DNA of 64,000 nucleotides from Schmidtea polychroa. Lineage: Eukaryota. Made by a program: the position numbers and the translations under genes. The stretch is taken from positions 51,028,001 to 51,092,000 of the forward strand of contig CM097885.1 in assembly GCA_044892525.1 (NCBI GenBank), read 5' to 3'. The notes under the pieces were generated by a model that saw only the letters and a list, made by a program, of their open reading frames with translations, had not been told where the DNA came from and did no database searches. Of this stretch, positions 1-12,466 are shown piece after piece (position 1 is the first letter of the stretch; each line of letters starts with the position of its first letter).

Positions 1-203
1 ATCTGAAAATTTAAATAAATACTAAAATCAGTACGCTGAATCAGATTCCGTTGAAAACAATATCGATAAAAATTGACCAAAATCGAAAATTGAACCCGGT
101 ACTCCCGGTGATAAAATTGGAGCCTATTCCCACTCCGCTATAATGGCTTACATAATATATTTAATTAATCCTATTTTGTGTGTGTAAATTTTAATATATA
201 AAA

Positions 204-1490
204 ATGAATAATATAAAAATTCAAGAAAAAAATAAATTAAATCTTGATTATAATAAAGAATTTACTCATGAAATCAAGAAAAACGATGTACTTAAAATCT
301 CCCCAACTTCAGGATCTATTGCAAACTTAAATCGTAGGGGTGATATAGTTTTTCAATCTCTTCAAACATCAAACCCTATAGATATTTGTAATGCCAAATT
401 ATATTATAAAATCGAATTAGAAATTGAAGCAAACAAAGATATAACCCTAGAAAATAATTTCTTTCCAAATTTATTCTCCAACATGAGATTAAAACTATGA
501 TCATCAGAAATTGAAACTGTTTTACATCCAGGAGTATATTCTACAATGTTAAATTTTATTTTAACTGGTTGTGATTATAAAAACGAATATGGTGAATTAA
601 CAGGCTGGATTTCTGATGTTAATAAAGGAGATTTAGATAAAGATGGTTTAGATATAAATTATGGTTACTATAAAAGAGCTGAACTTTATAAATCTAAAAA
701 AATTGAAGGTTATTTTGAATTAAAACACTTGTTTGGATTCCTTCAAAACTATAATCGTATACTTCATAATGTTTTTATAGAATTAGTTTGTAATAGAGTA
801 GAAGGTGATAAAAGATTGTTCTATGGAGATAAGGATACAACAGCTAAATTAAAAATATCAACACTTGAATTGCATATACCTGAATGGACATTAAATCCAC
901 ATTCTGAAATCAAACTCCTTGAAAGATTAAATTCCAACAAGTCTATAAATGTAAATTATTTAAATAGAATCTGTAGTGAATTTAGTATGACAGAGGGTTC
1001 AACATATTCTATAAAGGTAGCAAATTTAGCATACCGACCAAGATATATCTTGATTGGATTCAAAGAAGTAGATTCATCTTTCCAAAAAAATAACAACTTG
1101 TTTATTCAAAAGATTGGAGTTGATAAGTTAAAAACAATCCAAATTCAATTAAATAGTTCTTATTATCCAATAAATAGAATGGAATTTTATATTGAAAATA
1201 ATGAAAACATATTCCCATATCTAAATTATATTGAAACATGTTATGATTTCAAAGTTGAACCGCAATTAAGTTTAGAAGATTTCAAAAATTTATATTCTAT
1301 ATTTTGTATAAATGTTTCAGACCAAGATGATCGCCTAGCCATAAATAATGTTGATGTTACACTTCATATAACAAAGGATTCTAATTTTAAAGCTAAAGTA
1401 TATACATTAATATTAGAAGAAAAGAAAATAGAAATGAAATTATATGGTGGAAAGATTTCAATAATCGAAAATGTTAGGGGAGATTCTTGA
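204..1490 (+). pseudogene. Polinton major capsid protein (double jelly-roll) with one in-frame stop
   Basis: ORFs 204..500 and 546..1490 are in the same frame, separated by TGA at 498-500. Motifs LELHIPEWTLNP, RPRYILIGF, QLNSSYYP and FKNLYSIFCINVSDQ resemble Polinton MCPs. Confidence 0.8.
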
Positions 1491-1590
1491 TATAATCCCT
1501 GATATTTTAACATTTTAAAATGTCTCTCTATTGGAGATGTGAAATCCATCAACCCAAGAAAAGATTCAAAGAGCTCTAGTTAAATTAGCA

Positions 1591-2529
1591 ATGAAAGGTA
1601 AGATTTTCATAGGTGCTAGTTTACCAAGGATGGCAAAAGATGTTGCTAATAAAAAGATTATTGAACAAGCAGATGCTGAAAGATCCCTCGAGAATATATC
1701 CAAGACTAGTTTATTAACCCCAACAGAATCACAAATAAAATATGCCAACGAATTACACCATGAATTTAGAAAAAATAAAAAATATTTAAAAGTTCAAGTA
1801 CATGAAAAAGATCAAACATGGTCTGCAGATTTAGTCTTTATGCCAACCAAATCATCAGACCCTGAAAAAAATAAATTAATTTTAACTGTAATAGATTTAT
1901 ATACAAGATTTGCCTTTGCAAGGTGTTTAGAAAATAAAACAGGATATTCCATTACAGAAGCATTTGAAAATATATTTGAAGAACATCAAAGAATTCCAAA
2001 ATATTTATGGAGTGATAAAGGAACAGAATTTTATAACAAAGTTTTTACAAAGTTTTTAAATGAAAATGATATTAAATTATATTCAACAGAAAACGAAGGA
2101 AAAGCAGTTGTGGTTGAAAGATTAAATAGAACATTAAAAAATAAAATGTGGAAATATTTTACGGCTATTGGAAAACAAAAATGGAACAATGAATTGTTAC
2201 AAAAGATTGTAAATGAATATAATAATGATGTACATAGTTCTATAAAATCAACACCTTTAAATGCTTCCATAAATCCTGAAACCATTAAAGTGGTAAATAT
2301 TGAAAATGATGTTATTGAAAAACCAAAGTTTAAAATTGGTGACCGAGTAAGAATATTTAAATATAAAAATAAATTTGAAAAAGGATTCACAGCAAAATGG
2401 ACAAATGAAATTTTTATAATAAATAAAATAAATTATACAACTCCAATAACATATAGCATCATTGATTTAAATAATGAAAAAATATTAGGTAGATTTTATA
2501 ATAATGAGTTACAGAAAACAGATTTCTGA
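1591..2529 (+). CDS. Polinton c-integrase (DDE, rve-type)
   Basis: WSADLV, LTVIDLYTRFAF, WSDKGTEF, VERLNRTLK, and C-terminal PKFKIGDRVRI...FEKGFTAKWTNEIF. Confidence 0.95.
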   Translation: MKGKIFIGASLPRMAKDVANKKIIEQADAERSLENISKTSLLTPTESQIKYANELHHEFRKNKKYLKVQVHEKDQTWSADLVFMPTKSSDPEKNKLILTVIDLYTRFAFARCLENKTGYSITEAFENIFEEHQRIPKYLWSDKGTEFYNKVFTKFLNENDIKLYSTENEGKAVVVERLNRTLKNKMWKYFTAIGKQKWNNELLQKIVNEYNNDVHSSIKSTPLNASINPETIKVVNIENDVIEKPKFKIGDRVRIFKYKNKFEKGFTAKWTNEIFIINKINYTTPITYSIIDLNNEKILGRFYNNELQKTDF

Positions 2530-2544
2530 ACTATAGAAAACAAG

Positions 2545-3347
2545 TTAAAACAAACTTTTCCATATTTCAGCTTCTTCTCTATCCAAATAAATATAATTAT
2601 GTTTTTCTTTCCAATGATTATCAACAAACATATCAAACATATTCTTATCAGGTTCAACATTTGAAAATAAATCATTATAAATCATATTCTTATCACGGCG
2701 ATCTAATTTAAAAAATATAAAACAATTAGAATTATTTCTTATTGAATTTTTATCTAAAGCATAATAAGTTTGAGATATATAAATAACATTACAATTATTA
2801 TGTCGACCTCGTGTAAAGTAACTCTTTTGAATCTCTTGATTTTTCATGTTGACAACATCATCAAATATAACTAGATTCTTTTTATCTTTAGGAAGTAAAT
2901 CACAATGTAAAACATCTTCAGGTTTATTAGAGAATAAAACTTGAATCCCCTGCCCCTCTTCACAAATATAATCATTTTATTACTAATATCTGATTCTAAA
3001 ATCTTTTCCTTATACCAATCAACCATATCACAAGGTTGAAAAACTTCTTCAGGACATCTATGTTGATTTTTAAAAATATCAATTATTGCTTTTTTAGTTA
3101 ATTTATTTTCAAATCCACATTTCAAAAGTTGTAATTCTGGTTGATTTATAGTTGTAGAGTAAAAGATTAAATTAGTATAATCTAAAAAACCATCTTCAAG
3201 CAACATTTTCAAAACAAGTACATTCTTTCCACATCCAGAAGAACCAACAATTAATAATCTAAAATTATCAGGAAATACTTTATTATTAAATTTAGATTTA
3301 TGTCTATTTAAAATTGGTTTCCAAATTATTGGACTTCGTACATCCAT
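2545..3347 (-). pseudogene. A32/FtsK-like DNA packaging ATPase, frameshifted near 2970
   Basis: Walker A GSSGCGKN in 2871..3347. The shifted frame reads LLPKDKKNLVIFDDVVNMKNQ (Walker B) into FTRGRHNNCNVIYISQ...IRNN of ORF 2545..2847. Confidence 0.9.
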
Positions 3348-3362
3348 TTTATTTATTTAAAA

Positions 3363-3971
3363 ATGACCTCGAAGAGTTCCTCTACTGAAGAATCTTTGCA
3401 AGAATTAATAAATTCAAATAAAAATAAATCAATAGTAATTGATGGTAAAAAATATTTTATTGGAAAACATGTAAAAGAACAAGTTAGAGCGAAGATTAAA
3501 GAAGGTGGCATTCTTCCATTAGCTGCTTTAATACCTGCAATCATTGCCGGACTATCAGGTGGTGCTGGAATAGCTGGAGGAATTGCAACTACAGTTCAAA
3601 AAGCTAAAGAATCTCAAAAGACAGACCTAGAAAAAGAAAAACTTCAAACTGAAATCGATTCAATGAAAAAGAAGGGAGTGTCCGAAGGTCAAAAGTCCGT
3701 TGGAAAAGGTCTCTATCTTAATCCATATCAGAAAGTGTCCGAAGGTCAAAAGTCTCAGGGGAGTTCCTCCGTTGGAAAGGGTCTCTATCTTGATCCTTAT
3801 AAAGGCCGCGGTTTAAATGATTTTTTAAAAAATCAAATTTCATCATCTGAATCTTTATCTTCAAAAGATAAAGATGATTTAAAAAAAATGTGTAAATCTT
3901 TAAAGAATGGATGCCTTTGTAAAACTAAAAATGGTAAAGGATTATATTTAAAACCTTGGAAGGAACCATGA
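3363..3971 (+). CDS. Virion core / membrane-lytic (pVI/pX-like) protein
   Basis: EGGILPLAALIPAIIAGLSGGAGIAGG hydrophobic Gly/Ala segment and three GKGLYL motifs, in Polinton context. Confidence 0.65.
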   Translation: MTSKSSSTEESLQELINSNKNKSIVIDGKKYFIGKHVKEQVRAKIKEGGILPLAALIPAIIAGLSGGAGIAGGIATTVQKAKESQKTDLEKEKLQTEIDSMKKKGVSEGQKSVGKGLYLNPYQKVSEGQKSQGSSSVGKGLYLDPYKGRGLNDFLKNQISSSESLSSKDKDDLKKMCKSLKNGCLCKTKNGKGLYLKPWKEP

Positions 3972-3993
3972 TACCATTTTTGATACCATTAAA

Positions 3994-4830
3994 ATGGTAT
4001 ATGAAGAAAGATTAGCACTTTTAAAAAAATTACAATCAGAACAAAACAAGTATAATAAAAAAGATACAACTCAACATGCTGAATCTATAATATTAAATGA
4101 GGTAATCCAAAAACAACAAGGACCAACAATTAAAGCTATAAAAGGATTAAATGAGCAAGCAAAATTTAAAGAGTTGGAAGATAAAAAACAGAAAAATAAA
4201 AGAATTGGAGTGGGAGAAAGAATCCACTGAAAATCATCCTGAAAGTCATTCTGAAAGAAATCAAAGAAAACGTAGAAGAACCTCTAATGTGGAAGAAGAA
4301 GAAATGTTTTTAAAAACAAAACCTCTTAAAGTTAATCCTAAAATTAGAGAAGGTTTAAGTGATTCAATTAAACCCACATTTCATATTAATTCTGAAGGAT
4401 ATTCAATAATAACAATCAATAAACAAAACTTTACTTTATATACAACTCCAGAAAATAAATCACATATTCATTCACAAAATGTTTATAATAATGAATATTT
4501 AGACTTTGAATTTACAGATGATTTTTATAGATTACTTTGTGGATATCCTTCAGATGATGTTGAAGAAATTAAAAAATATTTAAATTTTATAAGATCAATA
4601 TAAGCTTGTTCAAAAGCAAAACACATTCAAGATTTAAAGAAATATTTAGATAGAAATGAAAAGGGTTATGTTGTTAAAGAAGGTGATGGTATAAGGGTTA
4701 AACCAAACCCAATCAACCTTTTTATTGAATTAAGAAAACTATTAGCAGCTAAAAAAGCAGGTCATAATAATTTAGATTCTGATATTTTAAAGATTTCTAA
4801 AGATTTGTTAAAAACAAGGAATAATTTCAA
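3994..4830 (+). pseudogene. Polinton hypothetical protein, disrupted
   Basis: ORFs 3994..4230 and 4151..4603 are joined by a frameshift. Reading past TAA at 4601-4603 gives ELRKLLAAKKAGHNN, a motif type I associate with Polinton ORFs. Confidence 0.5.
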
Positions 4831-4870
4831 AAGATAAATTTAATAAATATACGAAGTTATAAAATACAAA

Positions 4871-5332
4871 ATGACTTGTCCTTCAATATTAGATTTTTTA
4901 AAAACATTTGGAATAAATGCAAAAACAAATTTTGATTTAAAAGATTATGCAAATTATTTAAATTTAAAAATAAAAACATTAATGAATGATGAATTATCAA
5001 GTCTGAAAGATATTCTGAAAGAAGACACTCAAAAGAAACGAAGTCCTCTGAATATAATAATCAATTATCAAAATTCAAATGAAAAAGGATCTCATTGGGT
5101 TTGTATATATAATAAATCTATATACTTTGATTCTTTTGGGATTAAACCTACTAAAGAAGTTGAAGACTATCTCTCGGACTACACTTTTAATTCTTTACAA
5201 GTTCAACCTAATAATACTAAAATATGTGGTATTATAAGTTTATATGTTTTGTATAGATTGAATAAATCCAAAGGAGAAGGTTTCACTTCCTTAATCCAAG
5301 AAATTTATAATGATTTAAAATCTCTATTATGA
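4871..5332 (+). CDS. Adenain-like cysteine protease
   Basis: GSHWVC (His), YFDSFG (Asp), QVQ...ICG (Gln/Cys). Confidence 0.9.
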   Translation: MTCPSILDFLKTFGINAKTNFDLKDYANYLNLKIKTLMNDELSSLKDILKEDTQKKRSPLNIIINYQNSNEKGSHWVCIYNKSIYFDSFGIKPTKEVEDYLSDYTFNSLQVQPNNTKICGIISLYVLYRLNKSKGEGFTSLIQEIYNDLKSLL

Positions 5333-6098
5333 AAATGGAGCTTCGCAACCTTCTGGAAAATAATTTAAAAAAAATGGTAAACATAATGTCAGATAAATAT
5401 TCAAGAACTTTATCTATAAATTCAAAAGAATCAGACTTTACTATAAACTTTCAAGATTCAATAAAATTAGATCAAGATTTAAATTATGAATTAGGTCTAT
5501 TATGGTTTTGTGCTTATAATACTATTTTTAATATAACTAAAGATAATAACATATTTTATTATATAAGCCCAAAATCTACAGATAAGATTATAATAACAAT
5601 CGAACCTGGAGCTTATGAGATAAAAGATTTAAATAATATACTTTCTAAAAAAAAAATGGAGCCATTAAAATTAAAATGGATTTACCAACTTCAAAATGTA
5701 TAATGACTTTAGAGAATATAGGAATTCATTTTCAAAATAATAGTTTCTTTAGAACAATTTTAGGATTTACACGAAACCATTATATCACACCTATAGTTGA
5801 GAATATAACATCAGAAAATATTATAAAAATAATAAATACAAACACAATAAATATTCATTGTGATTGTATAACAGGTTCTTATAATAATGGTAAACAAACA
5901 AATGTTTTATATTCCTTACCCTCAAACACAGTTCCTATGGGATATAAAATAGTTGAAAGAATGAATCCTCCAAATTATTTGCCTTTATGTAGAAAATATA
6001 TAATGGATATTAATTTTAAAATTCTTAATCAAGAAGGAGAATTGATTGATTTTAATGGAGAAGAGATTTCAATGTATTTACATCTGAAACAGGTTTGA
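5329..6098 (+). pseudogene. Minor capsid protein (penton), frameshift in the A-run at ~5647-5656
   Basis: YNTIFNITKDNN, IEPGAYEIKDLN, ILGF, INIHCDCITGSYNNG, FKILNQEGELIDFNGEE. Confidence 0.85.
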
Positions 6099-6122
6099 AG
6101 ATTCATTTTAAATTATTAATAA

Positions 6123-7126
6123 ATGAGTTCTTATATTCCTTGTAATAGAGGTGGTGGAACAATAAAAACAGGGTTTAATACAGAAGAAATATTAACTTTA
6201 ACAGAAAATAAATATATTAATGAAAGAGGTGATTCAATGAAAGGAGATTTAAATTTAAATGGACACAAGATAAAAGATTTATCTTTACCAACTGATGAAG
6301 GTGATGCTGCTAATAAAAAGTATGTAGATGGTGTTAAAAATTATACTGATTTAACAACAACAAGAATTGAAAGTTCATTAACAACAAAAATTGATTCAAT
6401 GGAATCAAAGCTTAATAATAACGAACAACGATTTAATGATAAATTTGACAAGTTACAAAGTCTGTTAACTGAACAAGTTGTAAAGTTAAATACTAGTATA
6501 TTAAACTCTAAAGATAAACAAATTATGAATACTAAATTTAATACAATATATAATATAATAAATGAGATGATTACATCATTTAATAAAAGACTTTCAAATT
6601 TAGAGTCTCATACAACACACATTAACACCACACAAAGTATTAGAAAAAGAGCTGCTGAATTAGAACAGAATAAAACATTATTACCCCATACATATAAACA
6701 TTTTATAGAACCAACTTTAATAACAACAAATAGTAAAGAATGGAGTGTTTTTATGGTTGTAAAGATTATTGATCCTTATTTCTTGATGATGATAATGAAA
6801 GAATGAAATGGTTTGTGAAATGTGATTATAATAGTAAGCTTGAAAAGGGTGATGTTATAATGACTAGTTATGATTTACCACACGGAGATTGGTATGTTAA
6901 TACTCATTCACATGGACTACATAAAGTTAAAAGTAAGAATATTATTTTTAAAAGCACACTTGTGGATTATATAGATTTAATATTTTATGAAAAAAAGGTT
7001 GATGTTGATGAAGTTCGTAAAGCATTGATGGAATTGTATAAAGATATTCTCTCAACAAGAGTTTCTTTTGATATCCGAGTATTGGTGCCAGATGGTGCTC
7101 AGAAGAATAAAGTCTTATTTTTTTAA
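6123..7126 (+). CDS. Fibre-like protein(s) (ORFs 6123..6806 and 6803..7126, possibly one frameshifted gene)
   Basis: GDSMKGDLNLNGHKIKDLSLPTDEGDAANKKYVD resembles a tail-fibre shaft motif; it is followed by a coiled coil and lies right after the penton. Confidence 0.6.
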
Positions 7127-7134
7127 TTATTAAA

Positions 7135-7713
7135 ATGGAAGAAGTAAGAGAAGAAAATATTTATCCAGAATTGAGATCATCAGGATATTATTCTTCCAAG
7201 GCCTCGGCTCCCACAGAACTTGAAATTATGAGAGTAAAGGAATTTAAATCAGAAACCTTACATTTACAAGATTTATTAAAGCATTATAAAAAAATTAAAA
7301 ATAGATGGAATAAAGGGAATACAGTTTTAAAAGTTATAGGTTATTCTTTAGGATTTGCATCTGGAATATTAACAGTTATTTTACCTATAACTTTACCAGT
7401 TTTAACACTTGCGCCAGTAATACTTGGAAGTATTTCTGTAGCTGATGGTTTCCTAACTGAAATAGTTTCATTATCTTATACTTCAAAAAAGAAAAGTTTA
7501 TATCGTGAAGTTTGTTTGTCAATAGAATTAGGAATCTCTAAATTATTTTTATTTCAATTAAAAGCTTTGGAAGATGGAATCTTAACTGATGATGAAATAA
7601 TGAAATCAAATCAAATAATACAAGATATTAAAAATAATATTAATAGATTGAAAAGTGCTAATGTTATAACTAATAAAAAAATTAAACGGGAGAAATGGTT
7701 AAAGAATTCTTAA
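7135..7713 (+). CDS. Polinton membrane protein (coiled coil plus hydrophobic hairpin)
   Basis: N-terminal IYPEL...ASAP; hydrophobic segment VIGYSLGFASGILTVILPITLPVLTLAPVILGSISV. Confidence 0.6.
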   Translation: MEEVREENIYPELRSSGYYSSKASAPTELEIMRVKEFKSETLHLQDLLKHYKKIKNRWNKGNTVLKVIGYSLGFASGILTVILPITLPVLTLAPVILGSISVADGFLTEIVSLSYTSKKKSLYREVCLSIELGISKLFLFQLKALEDGILTDDEIMKSNQIIQDIKNNINRLKSANVITNKKIKREKWLKNS

Positions 7714-7807
7714 AATTATAAATATATAAAATGGGTGTATTTTTAAAAAAGTAGATCAGGTTGCTATAGTTGCTTAAATTAATTGTCGACATTTTATTAT
7801 TAAAAAA

Positions 7808-10800
7808 TTAAATATCGTTGAAAGCCAACCTTTGAATCATTAATTTATGATCTTTAAATTCTTTATCACTTAGACCTTTTATATATTCAGAATCAGTATT
7901 AAAATATTTAAGTTCTAAACATATAGGATTAAAAACTTGAGAATATAAAGGCTTCTCGATTTCTCTCTCGGGATAAATAATTTCAACATTATAAATATCA
8001 AGATCGGTAATATTTGTATCATATAACTTATTCAATTTTTCTAGATTTTTTATTATCGGTATTAAATTATTTCCAATAGGTAGAGTTGTCTTTAAATCAC
8101 TTAGGATGAATCTTTTATCATCATAATTTGATAATGATACTTTTTGAGATTCTATCAAGTGAATATCATGGTTTTCGCTTTTAATCTGATGCACTTCATC
8201 AATTTTATCTTTATGATTTGGATTCAATGTATCTATATAATCTTGATGAGAAAGATTCTTTGCAACGGATTTCTGTATTCCTTTACATCTGTTATCCTTT
8301 ACAAGTTTTTCTTCTTGTCCCTCTGGTCCTTTAGGGAATACAGGATATTTAAATGAAATAATTTCCTCTTTTTCTGGGGTTTTAAATATAATTTCTCGGG
8401 TTATAAATTCAGGGTTTTTAAATCTTTCGTATGAATATTGTTTAGCACGAATAAATATTCCATTTTCTATAGGAGTAAAAGGTTTTTCATCTTTAAATGA
8501 AAATAATTCTCCAGTTGAATTTATTAAATTTGAAAGTATAGGATTTTCAGCTATATCTCTTTGTAAATCATGAGTTCTTATTGTTAAAAACATTGAATCT
8601 GTATCCATTGCATGCATTGATATATTAGAACCATATATAGGTTGTAAGATGTTATAATATCTTTCATACATTTGTAATTTTGAAAGTTCTAAAATTGAAA
8701 ACCCTATAAATATTGGTTTGTTGTATGTTTTATCAAAATTCTTTAGTTCTACTGCAGTAAGACTTTCAGAAAATACTTGTGCGTTTTTAAATGTAGGCTT
8801 TCCTAGCATACGATTATAACGCTTAATATCTTTGGCAGTATTAGTTAGGAGTTCAATATGAGTATATTTATCAACATTCTCCATTGTCTTCCCAAAGACT
8901 GAATTGTTTAAAAGTTTATAATTATTATCTTTAAAAAGATTACCTTCTCTTTTTGCAATGTTTCGACATCTAATGTTCTCCTCGATAAAAGCTTTCATGA
9001 ATGGCCTCTGTTTAAATCTTATGACACTATGAACTTTTTTTAATATCATACCTCATGAAAGATAAAATTGGAGGAGTATATAGTGACAAAGATAAAACCT
9101 TCGATCTGTTTGATCACAAAGAAGTTTCATTGTTGGGGGTTTATCTTGTGAGATTTGCCATTCAGAAAGTTCGTTGATATCAATCTTTCTTCTTATGGGA
9201 GCTAATGGGAAATATCTTGTTCCTGATTTTATATCATCTGGATATAATAAGTCACATTCTACAAAGTAACCTATTGGAGAATCTTTAGGTGTTGAAAGTA
9301 TTTCTTTTATAAGTTCTTTTGATGATTCTATTTCAATGAAATCACCCATTGGTAAATATTGAGTCATAATTCCTGAATATAAAGCTGTTGCATCTATATA
9401 AAGTATAAATATAGGATTTTTCATTGTTTCTAATATTTCTTTTAATTCCTCATTGTTAATTTTTATATATGGATCAGAGGTCTTTGAAAGCATTCTGCTA
9501 GTAGTTATTGCATTTCTAGCTTTTATTTCTCTATTCCCCATTACTGAAGAGACTCCTCCTCTAATGTTTGTTTTAATTAGATTAAACATATCGAGGTTAG
9601 TTAAAAGATCTATAATTTTATCAGCTTCTTCTATATTTGAAGTCCAAATGGTATATAATAAAGTATCCCAAGCTAAAGAGGGTGCTCTTATATAATTGTA
9701 AGGTTTAAGAACAAAAGATTTTGTAAATTCTTCAAAGCAATCTGCTAGAATATAAACATCCAAGGATAAATACATACTTGTATATTCTCCTAAAGTTTTA
9801 CACTTGAATAATTCCCACATTTTATTTGCTCGAGAATATTCTTGATTTGTAATATGATTTTTTTGAAGTTGTGAATAGAAATCTTCTTGGCTAGGAAGAC
9901 TTGTTTCATTATATCTTTCAAACGAGTCAATATAGTCATAAGGATATATTCCTTTTGCTAAACATGTAGGATATTCTTCTAGAGGAATATTATTTTTTTC
10001 CAAGAATTCTCGAGTGATTTTAAAATCTTCTGGTTTCATTGTTTTAGCTATTCCATCTAGAGACATTTGAAGAAAGTTTAACGAGTCTATAAATTTTAAT
10101 TTTCCATATTCAACTGATTTATATTTTTCCTTTGTAAGTCCTATAACTTTGAAAGAGTTTTTAGCATTTGCTGCTAAATGTTTAATAAATAGATGTATGT
10201 CATAACCAAAAAGATTATGAAATATAACAGGTACAAATTTAGGAGTATGACAATTAAGATTACAATTTTTATGAGCTGCTCCTCGATAATTATTTTCCTT
10301 TTTTAAATGATCATGATCGAGGACTTTTATATTCGGAGACTCTTCAAATGGTTGTTTACACATCCAACAGTTGGAAGTGTTTTCATATTCTTGTTGTTGT
10401 TGATTAGAAATATTTTGAGGATAGTTTGTTTTTAATACTTTAAATATTTCATGTTCTAGATCATTTATACTTTTAGTAAAATGATTCAAGACTTCTGTTT
10501 CTGAAATTCCTCGAAATGTATATTCTCTAGATTCTATGAGTTCAGGATAATTACTTTTAAATAATAATTTATAAGCAGATGGTAATTGTTTAGTTTTTTT
10601 AACACTATTAGGTTTATTCCTTTTTCTTAGAAAGGCTTTCATCCTCTCTGGTTTCATCTTCTCTCCTGAGGAGTTCCAGGAATCCATGAGTTTATTTTTC
10701 TCTATTATTTTAAAATATTGTTTAACCAAATCTTGTTTACGATTTATAGATTCAAAGTCCCCATAAAGCACTCCTACTGTTTGTAGTAAATTTGAAAAAT

Positions 10801-12105
10801 TTTTAAAATACATCTTGGGGTTATTAGGCATTTTAATTAAAGCTGGATCATCTTTTTCACAAAATCTTGTATGTTTAATCATAGAGTTTTTAGTCGTTGA
10901 ATAATGAAGACATCTTTTACATGTTCCTCCTCCACTAGTTGGATTCTCTGGTGATGTAAAAGCTTGAAAGTTTTTTATTAAAACATAATGTTGATTAAAA
11001 GATATATCTCCCTAGTGTTATCCTGGGGTTCATTATCTCTAACTTCATAATCTGAAATATAAATTGGAATAATTTCTCTGCTATTAACATGTTTCCCTTT
11101 AACACGTTCATAAATATTAATTTTAAGATTATTTAAACTTTCAAATTTTGGAATGTTTTCTAGTTTCATTGGATGTTTGAATCCTTTGGGAAATATTAAT
11201 TCATTTTCATATTGTTTGTATTTTGAAACTCTTTGAGGGTTTGATTCTTGAGGGTGTAAATGTGCAAGTATTGACCAGACGAAACATTTGTTATCATTAT
11301 TCTGTATGTTTATAACATTTTTAGATTTAAAGGGTGTAGGAATATAAGATTTAGGATTAGGTGGTAATCCTCTCCAATAATCAATCACTAAAGTTTGGAA
11401 AGAGTTGAATACTAAGATTGAATCTCCTAATTCATTTTCAACCTCTTCTTGTTTTGCTTCTACTGCTTGAATTATTTCTTTGATGGTTTTATCAAATCCT
11501 TTAGTTGAAAATAAATATTTAAAGGGTATTCCAATTTCAACATCTAAAGGTGTTGTCTTTTCTTCTGTTCCTCGCCAGTATTTTGCTTTGATTATAATTT
11601 TATATTTTATAACATTATACCTTGTCGGTTTATAATTTTTTAAAGCTTCAGTGAAAGAATTTTTAATATTTTTTTTATTTTTATTTATATATTCTCCAGG
11701 AGTTATAGGTCCATTGATTTCTAATTGAAATTCATCTACATGATTAAAATCATCCCAGTTATATTTTTCTCTTTCAACATGATCAGGTTCTCCTTCTGAA
11801 TGACATTCCTCATCGTCAGAATTTTGTTTTTTATTTTTACATTCTTTTATATGTTCTAAATAATAGAAATTTACTTTTGTTGAAAAGTTACAGTGAGAAC
11901 ATGTAAATATTTCTCTATTTTTCCCGATACAATTTTCAAAATGTTTATTATATCCAGAATGTAGAAATCTTCCTTTACATTTAGGACAAACTTTTGAATT
12001 TGTATCATTAAGATTGTTTTCTTTTAATAAATGAGCTTTCGATTTTAAGTGAGAAATTAATCCAGTTTTATTTTTAAAAACTTTATTACAAATATTACAA
12101 TTCAT
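7808..12105 (-). pseudogene. Protein-primed family B DNA polymerase with N-terminal zinc fingers and an endonuclease VII-like insert
   Basis: YGDFES, FHNLFGYD, YIDATALY, KLLNNSVFGK, MDTDS. Frameshift near 10995 (shifted frame HYVLIKNFQAF...CKRCLH...H...C) and in-frame TGA at 9053-9055. Confidence 0.95.
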
Positions 12106-12203
12106 TTTTAGAAAAAAATTTTTTATTGGATATCCTGTTTTGATTTTTTATGTTTTTATATTTATTTTCATAATGTGACAGTATAAAAAATAACAAAAAT
12201 CCA

Positions 12204-12286
12204 AACCTAGATAGCGCAGTGGGCTAGACCGGCACCGTGGTTCAAATGGATAGCGGTTCAAATCCTAACTGTGGTTAGTTTTTTTT
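12204..12286 (+). ncRNA. Putative Pol III type-2 small RNA (tRNA-like / VA-like)
   Basis: A-box TAGCGCAGTGG 12212-12222, B-box GGTTCAAATCC 12255-12265, terminal stem AACCTAG/CTGTGGTT, T-run from 12279. No clean D or anticodon arm. Confidence 0.55.
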
Positions 12287-12339
12287 CAACATAAAATAAT
12301 ATTAAAAATTTGAAAATAATAGTGTGGGTATCTTATATT

Positions 12340-12466
12340 TATATTTTATTTTATTTATTTTTATTTTATTTATTTTATTTATTTTATTTATTTTATTTAT
12401 TTTATTTATTTTATTTATTTTATTTATTTTATTTATTTTATTTATTTTATTTTATTTTATTTTTTA
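12340..12466 (+). repeat. 9-bp tandem repeat (TTTTATTTA)n
   Basis: Directly visible; explains the spurious (YLF)n ORF. Confidence 0.9.

Noticed and set aside
1..200. Left Polinton TIR
   Set aside because: No convincing reverse-complement match in 12100-13000.
498..9055. TGA recoding in the Polinton (in-frame TGA in both MCP and PolB)
   Set aside because: An in-frame TAA (4601) and several frameshifts also occur, and TGG is used for Trp. Ordinary decay or sequence error is simpler.
12204..12280. Functional tRNA gene
   Set aside because: D-stem and anticodon arm do not form and the T-stem is bulged; kept only as a Pol III-type unit.
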